DNA of 64,000 nt, from NCBI GenBank assembly GCA_964016885.1, contig OZ024753.1, positions 28,334,001 through 28,398,000 of the forward strand. The letters run 5' to 3'. The DNA comes from Eledone cirrhosa (Eukaryota). The notes below the pieces were generated by a model. That model searched no databases, was not told where the DNA came from, and was given only the letters and a program-made list of their open reading frames with translations. Both the position numbers and the translations under genes were made by a program. This document shows, piece after piece, positions 1 to 11,617 of this stretch (the stretch's first letter is position 1; the number at the start of each line of letters is the position of its first letter).

Positions 1-404
1 TCTCCCTCTTGTTACTTTGGCTATCATTCTATTTCATTATACAATCATTTAAATCAGTTACAATAATTTTCTTCCATATTGGGCCTGCATGCTACAGAGT
101 GCCTTAAGTGTATTTTCTTGGCAACAATACAAGGGAGGTTGTCATGCCTTTGGCACAACTGAAGAGTCACCTGTACACTTTGTTTGGCAAGTTTTCTACA
201 GTTGAATGCCCTTCCTGTTGCCAACCACTGTTATCTAGATCTCACCATTACTAGAGAAGTTGTTACTTCCTTGACACTATAGAAGAGTTCTCTTGACCCT
301 TTCTTTGGAATATTTTATATGGGTGGAATCCCTTCCTAACACCAACTTGTCTAATGTATGCAAGCATGGAAAATAGAGGTTAAGCAGTGATGATACACAC
401 ATAC

Positions 405-427
405 ACATGCACGCACACACGCACACA

Positions 428-493
<66 letters not shown>

Positions 494-565
494 TGCACAT
501 GTGCACATAAATCATACACACATTCACACACACATTCACACAAACACACACATTCACACACACAC
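405..565. repeat. (CA)n microsatellite
   Basis: Long CA/CACG dinucleotide run; explains the spurious CV/HT ORFs. Confidence 0.95.
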
Positions 566-1004
566 CCAGACATATATATAAATCAATAACCCTAATGCTC
601 AACACCACATGAAATTTCAGATTTTACTGCCGCAAGATACAGCAAGCAGAAACATAAAAATCTGTATGCCTCATAACACTACAGTTTTTTAAGGATGTCA
701 GGCAAAGGTTGCAAAAGGTAACTTATTTTTATATTTTTCTCTGCTGATTTAGAAGGTAGTTTCTCATTTAATGTTCTTCCAATATTCATGAAACCATTTT
801 TCAAACATGGTTGACTGTCTTTGACTTAGTAACATCACTTGTTAATCAATTCCAGTTCATATGGATCTTGTTTGAGAAGGTTTTCTTTCTCGATAGAATG
901 TTTGCATAATTTCATAAATAATCAATGGGAATATATAGAAAGTCACAGTTATCTACGAGAATCTATAGAAAGATAGTTATCTATGAGAATATATAGAAAG
1001 TCAC

Positions 1005-2120
1005 ATAGTATAGGGAATATAGAAAGGTACATAGTATAGGGAGTATATAGAAAGACAGTTATCCATGAGAATATATAGAAAGTGTATAGAAAAGTACATA
1101 GTATAGGGAATATACAGTATAAGGAATATATAGAGAGGTACATAGTATAGGGAATATATAGAAAAGTACATAGTATAGGGAATATATAGAAAGGTACATA
1201 GTATAGTGAATATATAGAAAGGTACATAGTATAGTGAATATTTAGAAAGGTACATAGTATAGGGATTATATAGAAAGGTACATAGTATAGGGAATATATA
1301 GAAAGGTACATAGTATAGGGAATATATAGAGAGGTACATAGTATAGGGAATATATAGAGAGGTACATAGTATAGGGATTATATAGAAGGTACATAGTATA
1401 GGGAATATATAGAGAGGTACATAGTATAGGGAATATATAGAGAGGTACATAGTATAGGGAATATATAGAGAGGTACATAGTATAGTGAATATATAGAGAG
1501 GTACATAGTATAGGGAATATATAGAGTGGTACATAGTATAGGGAATATATAGAGAGGTACATAGTATAGTGAATATATAGAGAGGTACATAGTATAGGGA
1601 ATATATAGAGAGGTACATAGTATAGGAAATATATAGACAGGTACATAGTGTAGGGATTATATAGAAGGTACATAGTATAGGGATTATATAGAGAGGTACA
1701 TAATATAGGAAATAAAAAGAGAGGTACATAGTATAGGGAATATATAGAGAGGTATATAGTATAGGGAATATATAGACAGGTACATAGTGTAGGGATTATA
1801 TAGAAGGTACATAGTATAGGGAATATATAGAGAGGTACATAGTATAAGGAATATATAGAGAGGTACATAGTATAGGGATTATATAGAAAGGTACATAGTA
1901 ATGGGATTATATAGAGAGGTACATAGTATAGGGAATATATAGAGAGGTACATAGTATAAGGAATATATAGAGAGGTACATAGTATAGGGATTATATAGAA
2001 AGGTACATAGTATAGGGAATATATAGAGAGGTACATAGTATAAGGAATATATAGAGAGGTACATAGTATAGGGATTATATAGAAAGGTACATAGTAATGG
2101 GATTATATAGAGAGGTACGT
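1005..2120. repeat. 28-bp minisatellite, about 40 copies
   Basis: Unit GTACATAGTATAGGGAATATATAGAGAG repeated head-to-tail with point variants; explains the repetitive MYLSIYSLYY ORFs. Confidence 0.95.
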
Positions 2121-2273
2121 AGTTATCTACGGTTTTGTTGCTCTGCATACATCTTAGACAGGCTACTCTGATAGCATTTCTGTTTCAAACTGGCTGTGGT
2201 CCCCGGTAGCAGTGTTAGATCAGGGATTTCTGGAAATTAACCATAGTTCCTTGGACTTTCAGCCCAGTTCATT

Positions 2274-2880
2274 CTGATCAATTCAACCTGATCAATTCAA
2301 CCTGATCAATTCACTGATCAATTCAACCTGATCAATTCAACCTGATCAATTCACTGATCAATTCAACCTGATAAATTCAACCTGATCAATTCAACCTGAT
2401 CAATTCACTGATCAATTCAACCTGATCAATTCAACCTGATCAATTCACTGATCAATTCAACCTGATCAATTCAACCTGATCAATTCAACCTGATCAATTC
2501 ACTGATCAATTCAACCTGATCAATTCAACCTGATCAATTCACTGATCAATTCAACCTGATCAATTCACTGATCAATTCAACCTGATCAATTCAACCTGAT
2601 CAATTCACTGATCAATTCAACCTGATCAATTCAACCTGATCAATTCACTGATCAATTCACTGATCAATTCAACCTGATCAATTCAATGATCAATTCAACC
2701 TGATCAATTCAACCTGATCAATTCACTGATCAATTCACTGATCAATTCAACCTGATCAATTCAATGATCAATTCAACCTGATCAATTCAACCTGATCAAT
2801 TCACTGATCAATTCACTGATCAATTCAACCTGATCAATTCAACCTGATCAATTCACTGATCAATTCACTGATCAATTCAA
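2274..2880. repeat. Mixed 14/12-bp minisatellite
   Basis: Units CTGATCAATTCAAC (14 bp) and CTGATCAATTCA (12 bp) interspersed over ~600 bp. Confidence 0.95.
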
Positions 2881-2973
2881 TCTGTCCCACCCAGTCTAAT
2901 CAATACTTTCTGGTCGATGTCTAGAATTTCTTCAAGAAAGTCACCCTACTTCTCCATCACTAATCCTCTATAC

Positions 2974-3158
2974 CACTGGTTCCCAAAGTGGGTTCTGCAG
3001 AATCCAAGGGTTCTGCAAAAGCGTGTCTGGGGTTCTGTGAAAAAAGGTAGAGGAGTATATTTATATTACGACCATATAACAGTATTAGACTTTGGGGATC
3101 CCCCAAAAGTTTCTGAACCAAAAAGGGTTCTGTGTTTGAAAAACTTTGGGAAACCCTG
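2974..3158. mobile_element. hAT (Charlie/Buster-like) MITE
   Basis: Termini CACTGGTTCCCAAA...TTTGGGAAACCCTG; 8-bp TSD CTCTATAC/CTCTGTAC (1 mismatch). Confidence 0.8.
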
Positions 3159-3921
3159 CTCTGTACAATGCCGACATTGAATTTCTACTGACTACATTGG
3201 ACAACTAATAGAAGGCTGTGGGTGCCTGACAACAATCCAGATTCCAGGTGCTGAGTTTCAGTCTTCACTTGACCCAAGACTGTAGCTCAGCCAAAGAGAT
3301 GAGCTGTAGAAAATGGTGATCAGTTATCGGCCAGGAATTTTCAATTATTTATGTCTCTATTGTTCCTCGTCTATATTACTACTCCTGAGCTTACAGAATT
3401 AAGAATTCTCCTGTTCTGCTGCCAGTTGCAGTAAACAGCTGTGAGGACATTGGCAAAGATGCCTGATATATCTATGTAAATCTTGTAGGGCAGACTAGCC
3501 AAACCAGACAATCTGTACCTTGTACAACCACTTATGGGTGTTTGTATGTAAGCTGTTGCTATTGGTCTTTTGCAATATTTGGAATGCTCTTGAAGCCAAA
3601 TGGCCAATCAGACAATTACGACATGTGTGTTATCTGCACACCATCATCGTCATCATCATCATTATTTAATGTCTATTTTCCACGCTAGCATGGGTAGGAC
3701 AGGCTGTCCCTTTGTGAGAGATCAGGTTGGAGGACTGTGTTTTGCTCACACAGAACTGTCCAATGTCACAATAATTAATTCACAGGACTATGTAGCTCAG
3801 AAAATAATATTTACCATAACATTCAGTTAACGTGCAAGATTTACACACTTTGTATGTGGTTAATGTACCGACCTCCAGAGATATATAACTTCCATACACT
3901 ATTTTAGTAATAACAGCTTAA

Positions 3922-4145
3922 CCCATTACCATTTACATTACTCTATATATACTATTGTATTTTCACAGTAAAGGCTTTATCTCACATAGTTATCTCACAG
4001 AATATCGAAACTATGAGATTTTGATGATTTTATTTATTTTGAGAACAATACCTTAACATCGGTATGAGTGGCTGGTTACGGCTGGTTTGAACAAAAAGAG
4101 GTGAGAGAATTCTGGCTGGATACTGCCGGTTTAAATGCTAAAGGG
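3922..4145. mobile_element. piggyBac-like MITE
   Basis: TTAA-CCC...GGG-TTAA ends with TIR ~CCCTTTAGCATTTA; same family at 16864, 26845 and 34649. Confidence 0.8.
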
Positions 4146-4732
4146 TTAATGACAAATGATAGCTGTTGATAGAATATAGACACATTCGCATTATTACTAT
4201 ATTCATTGTTAGAGTTTTTAAATGTTGCTTAAAAATATTTTTTATTGACAATTAAAATCTTAGATAAGATATTGTAATTGTAAAACCTTAACTCATAAAT
4301 ATCTTAAAATTTTAACTCTAATTATGCCTGAATGCTATATTTTATTGATAATAAAACATGTCTGATTAAATTTTGAAATCTTTGAAAATTTTGTTGTAAA
4401 TAGTGTTTATCATTTGATGGAAAGTAATCAATATCAGATCTAAACCATTGGAAGTTCTCATTCCTCCTTTGGAGTCTTTTCTACTATTCTCCTGACTTTC
4501 TTGCACCTTTGATAAGTTGTAGTGTGCCTGAGCACTGTACACAATAATTTTCATCATTATTATTATAAATTGTCTTCTTTTACAGCAGTTTTGATATGAG
4601 CACTTTTCATGGCCTGTACTTTTATTATTTTTATTTGAATAATTTTAAAAAATGCTTTTTTAATATATATATATATATATATACACATACATACATACAT
4701 ATATATATACATATATATATATATATATTTTT

Positions 4733-7700
4733 TAATGACCATGCTGTAAAATGGAGGGGTAGAGAGGGCCCTTGAGTCTAGTAAGACATCCTCTCTAGTG
4801 CTGGTGGCACAAATAAAAGCACCCAGTCCATGCCGTAAAGTGGAGCTGCTGTTAGGAAGGGCATCCAACCAGTGTATCAATGCCAAAACGCTTATCAGCA
4901 CAGCAACAAATAGGAACGACAACAAAATATGAAGACATCGCATCTCAGAGTTGCAACACTTAATGTTGGCACTCTCAGAGGTAGATCTGCAGAAATAGCA
5001 GAGATGCTGGAGAGAAGGCATGTAGATGTGTGCTGCGTGCAAGAGGTGAGATGGAGAGGTGCCTCTGCGAGACTAGTCGTAGGCAAGCGTCTTAGCTATA
5101 AGCTATTCTGGGTAGGTAAGGATGATGGGTTAGGGGGAGTAGGCATTTTCCTGGCTGAGAAATGGATCAATAAGACAATAGAGGTAGTTCGAGTTAGTAA
5201 TCGAATAATTAAGCTTAGATTAGTTGTAGGCAGGAGACTACTGACAATCATCTCGGCCTATGCTCCCCAAGCAGGCCTAGGCAAATATGAGAAAGACTGC
5301 TTTTACGAGCAACTTTTACAAACAACCGCAATGACAGAGGACGGAGACATCGTTATGCTAGTGGGAGACTTCAATGGTCATGTTGGACAGCTCCAGGATG
5401 GTTACACTGGGGTACATGGTTGGCACGGTTACGGCTCAAGAAATGAAGAAGGAGTGAGACTTCTTGAATTTTGTGATGCAGGTACATTGACTATTTGCAA
5501 CACAAACTTCCAGAAACCTGCCAATCACCTAATAACCTACAAATCTGGTGACCACATAAGCCAGATTGACTTCTTACTAGTTAGGCAGATAGTGTCTAAT
5601 ACCAAGGCATACCCTGGGGAGAATGTACCCCACAGCATAGGCTAGTCGTTAGTGATATCTCAGTTAGCAAGAGATGGAATGAGACATACAGGAAGGTGTG
5701 GAGAAGAAAGGTCTGGAAGCTAAAAGACCTTTCACTAAAATACAAATTTAGGAAAGCCCTTCAAGATGTATATGATGAAAAAGAAGTCGATTTAGAGACA
5801 TATGACATAGATAATAACTGGAATTTCTTACGTGACAACTTGCTGCAGGCTACTGATGAAACTTGTGGCTGGAGCAGAGCTCCAACCAGACAGAGAGTGA
5901 CCTGGTGGTGGAACAGCACAGTAGATAAGGCCATTAGAGCAAAAGACTAGCATGGAAGGCTTGGAAAAAAGGATGGGAGTAGGGAAGAATATACAGCCAC
6001 TAAGAGAGAAGCTAGACGTCAGGTGTACTTAGCACACAGGGAGGTGGAGAGTAGGAGGTTTGCCAATGTTCTGCGACGGGAAGATCAGAGGCGTGCGGTG
6101 TTCCACATTGCAAGGCAGTGTGTCAATGCAAATCAGGATGTTGTTGGAGATAAATGTGTCCGGGATGATGCCGGTGTACTTAGTGTCACGAATGATCAGA
6201 AAAAGGAGGCCTGGAAATGTCATTATGAGAGACTGATGAATTTGGAGAACGAATGGGAGAGAGAGAAATTACCCTTAGTAGATCCGACAGAGGGACCAGC
6301 TATTGAGATTGATGAATATAGGGTCCAAGAGGCGATTAGGGAAATGAAAAATGGTAAGGTTGCTGGACCATCGGGAATAGTTGCTGAGATGCTGAAGGCA
6401 TCAGGGGACGTAGGCACTAAACTGGTTGCACGCATCATCAATCAGGCTATATATGGTGGTGTCATACCCAAAGACTGGTGCAGCAGTATTCTCATAAATT
6501 GCTACAAAGGTAAAGGGGATGCTCTGGAGAGGAGCAATTATAGGAGTATAAAACTGATGGATCAGGTTATGAAAGTGGCAGAAAAGATATTAGCACAACT
6601 AATTAGAGAAAGGGTCAAACTAGATGAGATGCAGTTTGGTTTTGTGCCTGGGAAGAGTACAACAGATGCCCTCTTCTTGGTGAGACAATTGCAAGCGAGG
6701 TTCTTAGAGAAAAATAAGCCACTATACTTAGCCTTTGTTGACCTAGAGAAAGCCTTTGATAGGGTACCCCGATCTGTCATCTGGTGGTCTCTAAGGAAGC
6801 TAGGTGTTGAGGAATGGCTTGTGAGGACAGTGCAAACTTTGTACAGAGGTACTCTCAGTAAAGTCAGGGTAGGAATGGAGTTTAGTGAGGAATTCCAGAT
6901 ACAAGTAGGAGTACATCAGGGTTCGGTCCTCAGCCCGCTCTTGTTCATTATAGTCCTCCAAGCCATAACAGAGGAGTTTAAGACTGGCTGTCCATGGGAA
7001 CTTCTCTATGCTGACGATCTGGTTCTTATAGCAGAATCAGTAGAGGAGCTAGAGAATAAATTATGGCTATGGAAACAGCAGTTGGAATCAAGAGGACTGA
7101 GAGTGAACCTAGCTAAGACAAAAGTGTTGATGAGTAGAAAAGAGGACTAAACCCTGATTCCGTCAGGGAAATGGCCATGTTCGATATGCAGAAAAGGAAC
7201 TGGCATAAATTCTATAAAATGCACACAATGCAGATCCTGGGTACACAAGAGATGTAGCGGGATAGCAGGCAAACTAACAGGTAGGGAGAAATATGTATGC
7301 AGTAGATGTACAGGGAAATTAGACAGAAGAAGTCGCATTGATAGACACATTTTTCAGATGCAGGAGGGCGCTATAGAAGTGGTGGATAGCTTCCGGTACC
7401 TAGGAGATCAGATTAGCATGGGAGGAGGGTGTTCTGAGGCCATAGTATCTAGAATAAGGACGGGTTTGAAGAAGTTTAGGGAGCTGCTTCCTCTGTTGAC
7501 GAAGAAGGGTTTCTCCCTGCGTACGAAAGGCCGGTTGTATGATGCCTGTGTGAGGAGCGCGATGCTGCATGGTTGTGAGACATGGGCAGCAACTGCAGAG
7601 GATATGCGACGGCTGGAGAGAAATGAGGCAAGCATGCTCTGTTGGATGTGCAGTGTAAATGTGCGTGAACGACCCAGCATGAATGTCTTGAGAGAGAAAC

Positions 7701-8006
7701 TGTGTCTGAGAGGGATAGAATGTAGTGTATGGGAGAGGAGACTGAGGTGGTATGGACATATGATGCGCATGGAGGATGACCGATGGGTGAAGAAGTGCCA
7801 GGAAATGCCAGTTGAAAGAAGATGTGGTAGAGGTAGACCACGAAAAACATGGGCGGAGGTGGTGAGAACAGACCTCAGATCATTGAAGCTCACGGTGGAA
7901 ATGACGAAGGACCGTGACGAGTGGAGAGATGCTGTGCTGAATAAGACCTGTCCCACCCTTGCAAGCAGGGAAAAGTGGACGTAAAATGATGATGAGGATG
8001 ATGATG
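4733..8006 (+). mobile_element. Near full-length RTE-clade LINE (family A), inactivated
   Basis: About 195-bp 5' UTR, then APE endonuclease (ATLNVGTL, VQEVRW, GDFNGHVG, SQIDF) and RT (FVDLEKAFDRVP, HQGSVLSPLLF, LYADD), ending in a (GAT)n tail. Confidence 0.95.
4929..7984 (+). pseudogene. Disrupted APE-RT polyprotein ORF of RTE LINE
   Basis: Four consecutive ORF fragments (4929-5645, 5696-5950, 6023-7150, 7358-7984) broken by frameshifts and stops. Confidence 0.9.
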
Positions 8007-8228
8007 ATATATATAGAAGGAAATTGTAGTTTACTTGAAGCATTGCATAGTGAGGTATAAACGTACGTTTGGAGTTAGAAGGCCAGAACAATGCAGGTAT
8101 GGATATAGAATATAAATACAAATGCAAAAGATATCGCTGACAATTAGTCTTTTACCTTAAATTTATTTGAATATACATACATACATACATATATATACAT
8201 ATATATATGTATATATATATATATATAT

Positions 8229-8970
8229 AAACGGAAAAAAATGAAACGAAATTTCATTTCCGACTCTTAGTACGGCTGTTACTTAAATATAAGTATGTAC
8301 ACGTACATACATATATGTATACAGACGTACAGTAGTATGTATATATATATACATACATGCACACATATATATATGCACGTATGGATTCACCGAACATTTA
8401 TTATAATGCTTTGGTGTGTTTGTAAAAAAACAAACATCCCGTATTAAGCCGTAGTGTCTAGCAACCATCGTTGCTCGTTTGTTCAACACTGACAAAGGAA
8501 CGCTGTACTAGTTTCAAGCTTATTAGCTATCGTCAGCAACGTATACCTTCCTGCCAGATTGTTGAACGTATATACTTACCTTATGCATATTAACGGCTGA
8601 GTAGCCCAATTTGCATATCGAGTGGGTTAATCGGCCGGGTGCACCGAAAACAATAAACGGAAAAAATGAAACAAAATTTCATTTCCCACTCTTAGTACGG
8701 CTGTTACTTAAATATAAGTATGTACACGTACATACATATATGTATACAGACGTACAGTAGTATGTATATATATATACATACATGCACACATATATATATG
8801 TAGTGTTGAACAAACGAGCAACGATGGTTGCTAGACACTACGGCTTGATACGGGCTGTTTGTTTACAAGCACACCGAGCATTATAATAAATGTTCGGTGA
8901 ATCCATACGTGCATATATATATGTGTGCATGTATGTATATATATATACATACTACTGTACGTCTGTATAT
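8229..8970 (-). mobile_element. Retrozyme-like element, locus 1 (~1.35 tandem units plus inverted segment)
   Basis: AACGGAAAAAATGAAAC recurs at ~8230 and ~8657 (period ~427). 8802-8970 is the reverse complement of ~8320-8490. Homologous to 42981-44033; (TA)n flanks. Confidence 0.8.
8495..8552 (-). ncRNA. Type I hammerhead ribozyme
   Basis: Minus strand reads AGGAAGGTAT-ACGTTG-CTGACGA-TAGCT-AATA-AGCTT-GAAAC-TA-GTA-CAGCGT-TCCTT; conserved core, stems I-III pair. Confidence 0.8.
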
Positions 8971-8976
8971 ATATAT

Positions 8977-9050
8977 TGCCTTGTCCGACGAACGAATGAG
9001 GACGTTTCTTTCGTATTCGTCTTATTCGGGAAATCTCTGGTAATGAGGTA
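8977..9050 (+). ncRNA. Hammerhead-like ribozyme, U4C core variant (PLE-type)
   Basis: TGCCTTGT-CCGACGA, long stem II (CGAATGAGGACG/CGTCTTATTCG), GAAA-TCTCTG-GTA-ATGAGGTA; 8-bp stem I with G-U pairs. Confidence 0.55.
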
Positions 9051-9097
9051 ATTATATTGTATTGTTTATTATACATTATATATATATATATGTCAAA

Positions 9098-9250
9098 CAG
9101 GTGGTGAATTGGCAGAGTCATTAAAACGTCAGATAGAATGCTTTATGGTATTCATTCCACCCCACTGCTCTTGGAGTTCAAATCCTGCTGAGGTCAACTT
9201 TGCCTTTCATCCTTTCAAGGTTGATAAAAAAGATACTTGTTAAGTACTCT
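9098..9250 (+). mobile_element. tRNA-derived SINE (family 1)
   Basis: A-box TGGCAGAGTCATT, B-box GTTCAAATCC, conserved body GAGGTCAACTTTGCCTTTCATCC. Confidence 0.75.
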
Positions 9251-10109
9251 ATATTTCTGTCTCAATTCGTAGGAACTACTACTTCCTCTCTCTCTCCTTC
9301 AGACTTGATGAGATGGGCTCCACCTGGTTTAAAATTGTATCTCTTTCTCATTTCCTCTCTCTCATTTTCTATCTTTCTCTGGAAGAGATCTATTGTACTC
9401 AGACCTGGAGAGGGATGGGCTCCACCAGGCTTAAAATGCCCAAGAAATATTGTATGCCCCTATGATTCTATCAGGAGTTACGGGACCATACGTACATATG
9501 ATAAACATAGGTTTGGGAGGGCTCTTCAGTTGTGTCAAGGACATGAAAACCTCCGTAGTGCTAGAGATAGAAAGGGTATCCAAACTATGACAACCTTTCT
9601 AGTGGTGGTGTCACGATAAAATGCAGTCAGTTAAATGTGGGAGTGCATGTAAGTGAAATACTGACCCCCTCCCCTGCCTGTCTGGGATGTCAGTAGCCTC
9701 ACTTCAGTACTGACTTGGTCTGTAATGACCCATCCAACCCTTCTTAGCAGGGGAAAAAGACATTAAATGATGATGATGATATATAAGAAAGAGTTGGGAT
9801 CCTGATGTCTGAGCTCTTGCTGGAACTAGCTGTAGCTGTTGAAATGGCAAGAGCTCAGCTGTCAGGGTTCCGCCTCTTTCATATAATCATGCTCTATTAC
9901 CCCAAGTACCAAGTACTCGGGTGATTAATGGTCTAACCAGTTTCTTACTATAGCCATCTTGATTTATATATATATTTATATATATATATAAAAGGAGGTT
10001 TCATGAAAATTATCATTCTAAATTTGTGGGCAACTGTATTTTTCTCTCTCGATGTAATGGTATCATCCTCATCCTCCTTATCATCATCACCATCATCACG
10101 ATCAACTCT

Positions 10110-10578
10110 ACTAGCAAGGTTTGGATATGTCTGGGGAATTTGTAATTTCTTTTTTTATTCAAGGTGACCTGGGGACTTTCTGTGCAATTTTTGTTTTCTG
10201 TTACAATACCAAATATTTCCCTTTCCTAAAGCAAAAATACCAGTTTACTGCTGCTCTGAAATCTTTGCTTTCATTCAGATGTTTTTGGTCACTTAAGTGC
10301 TTGAGTATGTATGCTAGTTTGGTTAACTGTATAATCATTTTGTCAGATTTCATTGATCCAAACTTTTAAGTAATTCTTCACTTTAGGCTACTGACAGATG
10401 CTAGTTCTTGCATCATCTTCAGAGAGGCTTCACATTTCTTTTAATCATGCACCAATTTTATTTATTTATTTATTCTGCAATTCTTTACAGTTGCATACTC
10501 TTTTGAAGTGATCACAAATGCAACAACTCTTACATTGTAAGTAGCATCATATTTCATTAGTTTTGATGGTGAAGGCAT
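10110..10578 (-). pseudogene. Degenerate pogo/Tigger (POGK-like) transposase N-terminus
   Basis: Manual minus-strand translation gives MKYDATYNVRVVAF...KLVHD*KK (Brinker-like DBD) and LKVWINEI...FRAAVNW...LVL*QKTKIAQKVP (CENP-B HTH), with stops and frameshifts. Confidence 0.65.
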
Positions 10579-10617
10579 GGGAGTAAAATATCTTCAGCTA
10601 TGATTATAGAAAACTGA

Positions 10618-11090
10618 ATATAATGAGAGCTGGAGACTGCTACAGATGTAACAGATATAATGAGAGCTGGATACAACTACAGTTGTAACAGATATAATGA
10701 GAGCTGGAGACAGCTACAGATGTAACAGATATAATGAACAGATGTAATAGATATAATGAGAGCTGGATACAGCTGAGAGCTGGATACAGCTACAGATGTA
10801 ACAGATATAATTGTTTCTACATTAGGCACAAGGCCAGCAATTACCCACTGGTACTTTATTTTATCGACCCCGTAAGGATGAAAGGCAAAGTTAACCTCGG
10901 CGGGATTTGAACTCAGAATGGCAAGGGCCATAACTCTATGCGTCAAAGCATGGCGTCCGACCGTCTACCGATACTGCCAATCCACAGATGTAACAGATAT
11001 AATGAGAGCTAGAGACAGCTATAGTTGTAACAGATATAATGAACAGATGTAACAGATATAATGAGAACTGGAGACAGCTACAGATGTAAT
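10618..11090. repeat. ~37-bp minisatellite interrupted by a SINE
   Basis: Unit AGATATAATGAGAGCTGGAGACAGCTACAGATGTAAC with variants, on both sides of the SINE. Confidence 0.85.
10812..10984 (-). mobile_element. SINE family 1 copy
   Basis: Reverse complement of the 47018-type SINE, flanked by the direct repeat CAGATGTAACAGATATAAT. Confidence 0.8.
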
Positions 11091-11617
11091 AGACAAACAG
11101 TTTGACAGCTGTTTGTTAACAACATTGATACAAATGGCTGAGAGCAGTAGTAAGTGCAGTTTATATAGGTACTATGTAGAAGATGTAGTTACTGTAGTGG
11201 GGAATTGATTGACAAGATTCCAGGCCTCATTCAAATGAAGTAGAACTTGCCTAATTGGTCCAAGGAGACAATGTTTCCATTGATCTTCCCATTGCTGATA
11301 CTATCCACCAGTTTTAACTCCTTGCAGAAAGAGCAACATGAAACAAAGTGTCTTGCTCAAGGAATAGCACATCATCCAGTCCAGGAATCGAACTCGCAAC
11401 CATATGATTGCGAATCCAATTCTCTTTAGTCTTTCCTTTACTGATACTATTTATCCGTCGCAACTCTTGGCAAGGATATTTCAGTTCTGACCATTCTGTG
11501 TAAGAAACTCTGAACCTCATTATCCAATGTGATAGCGGTGTGATCTGAGGTTAGATCCTATTGTTGTTATTAGTAGGTCAACTAACCAAGTAGCAGTTCC
11601 CATTATTGACTAATCAC

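Noticed and set aside
621-717. Possible host exon (TTTCAG|...AAG|GTAAC)
   Set aside because: Stops in all three frames; the 24-nt sub-exon alternative cannot be supported without RNA data.
949-2148. Long Tyr/Ile-rich ORFs (up to 256 aa)
   Set aside because: Translation of a 28-bp minisatellite open in several frames.
7400-8127. Antisense ORFs over the RTE LINEs
   Set aside because: Shadow frames of the RT coding strand with no recognisable motifs.
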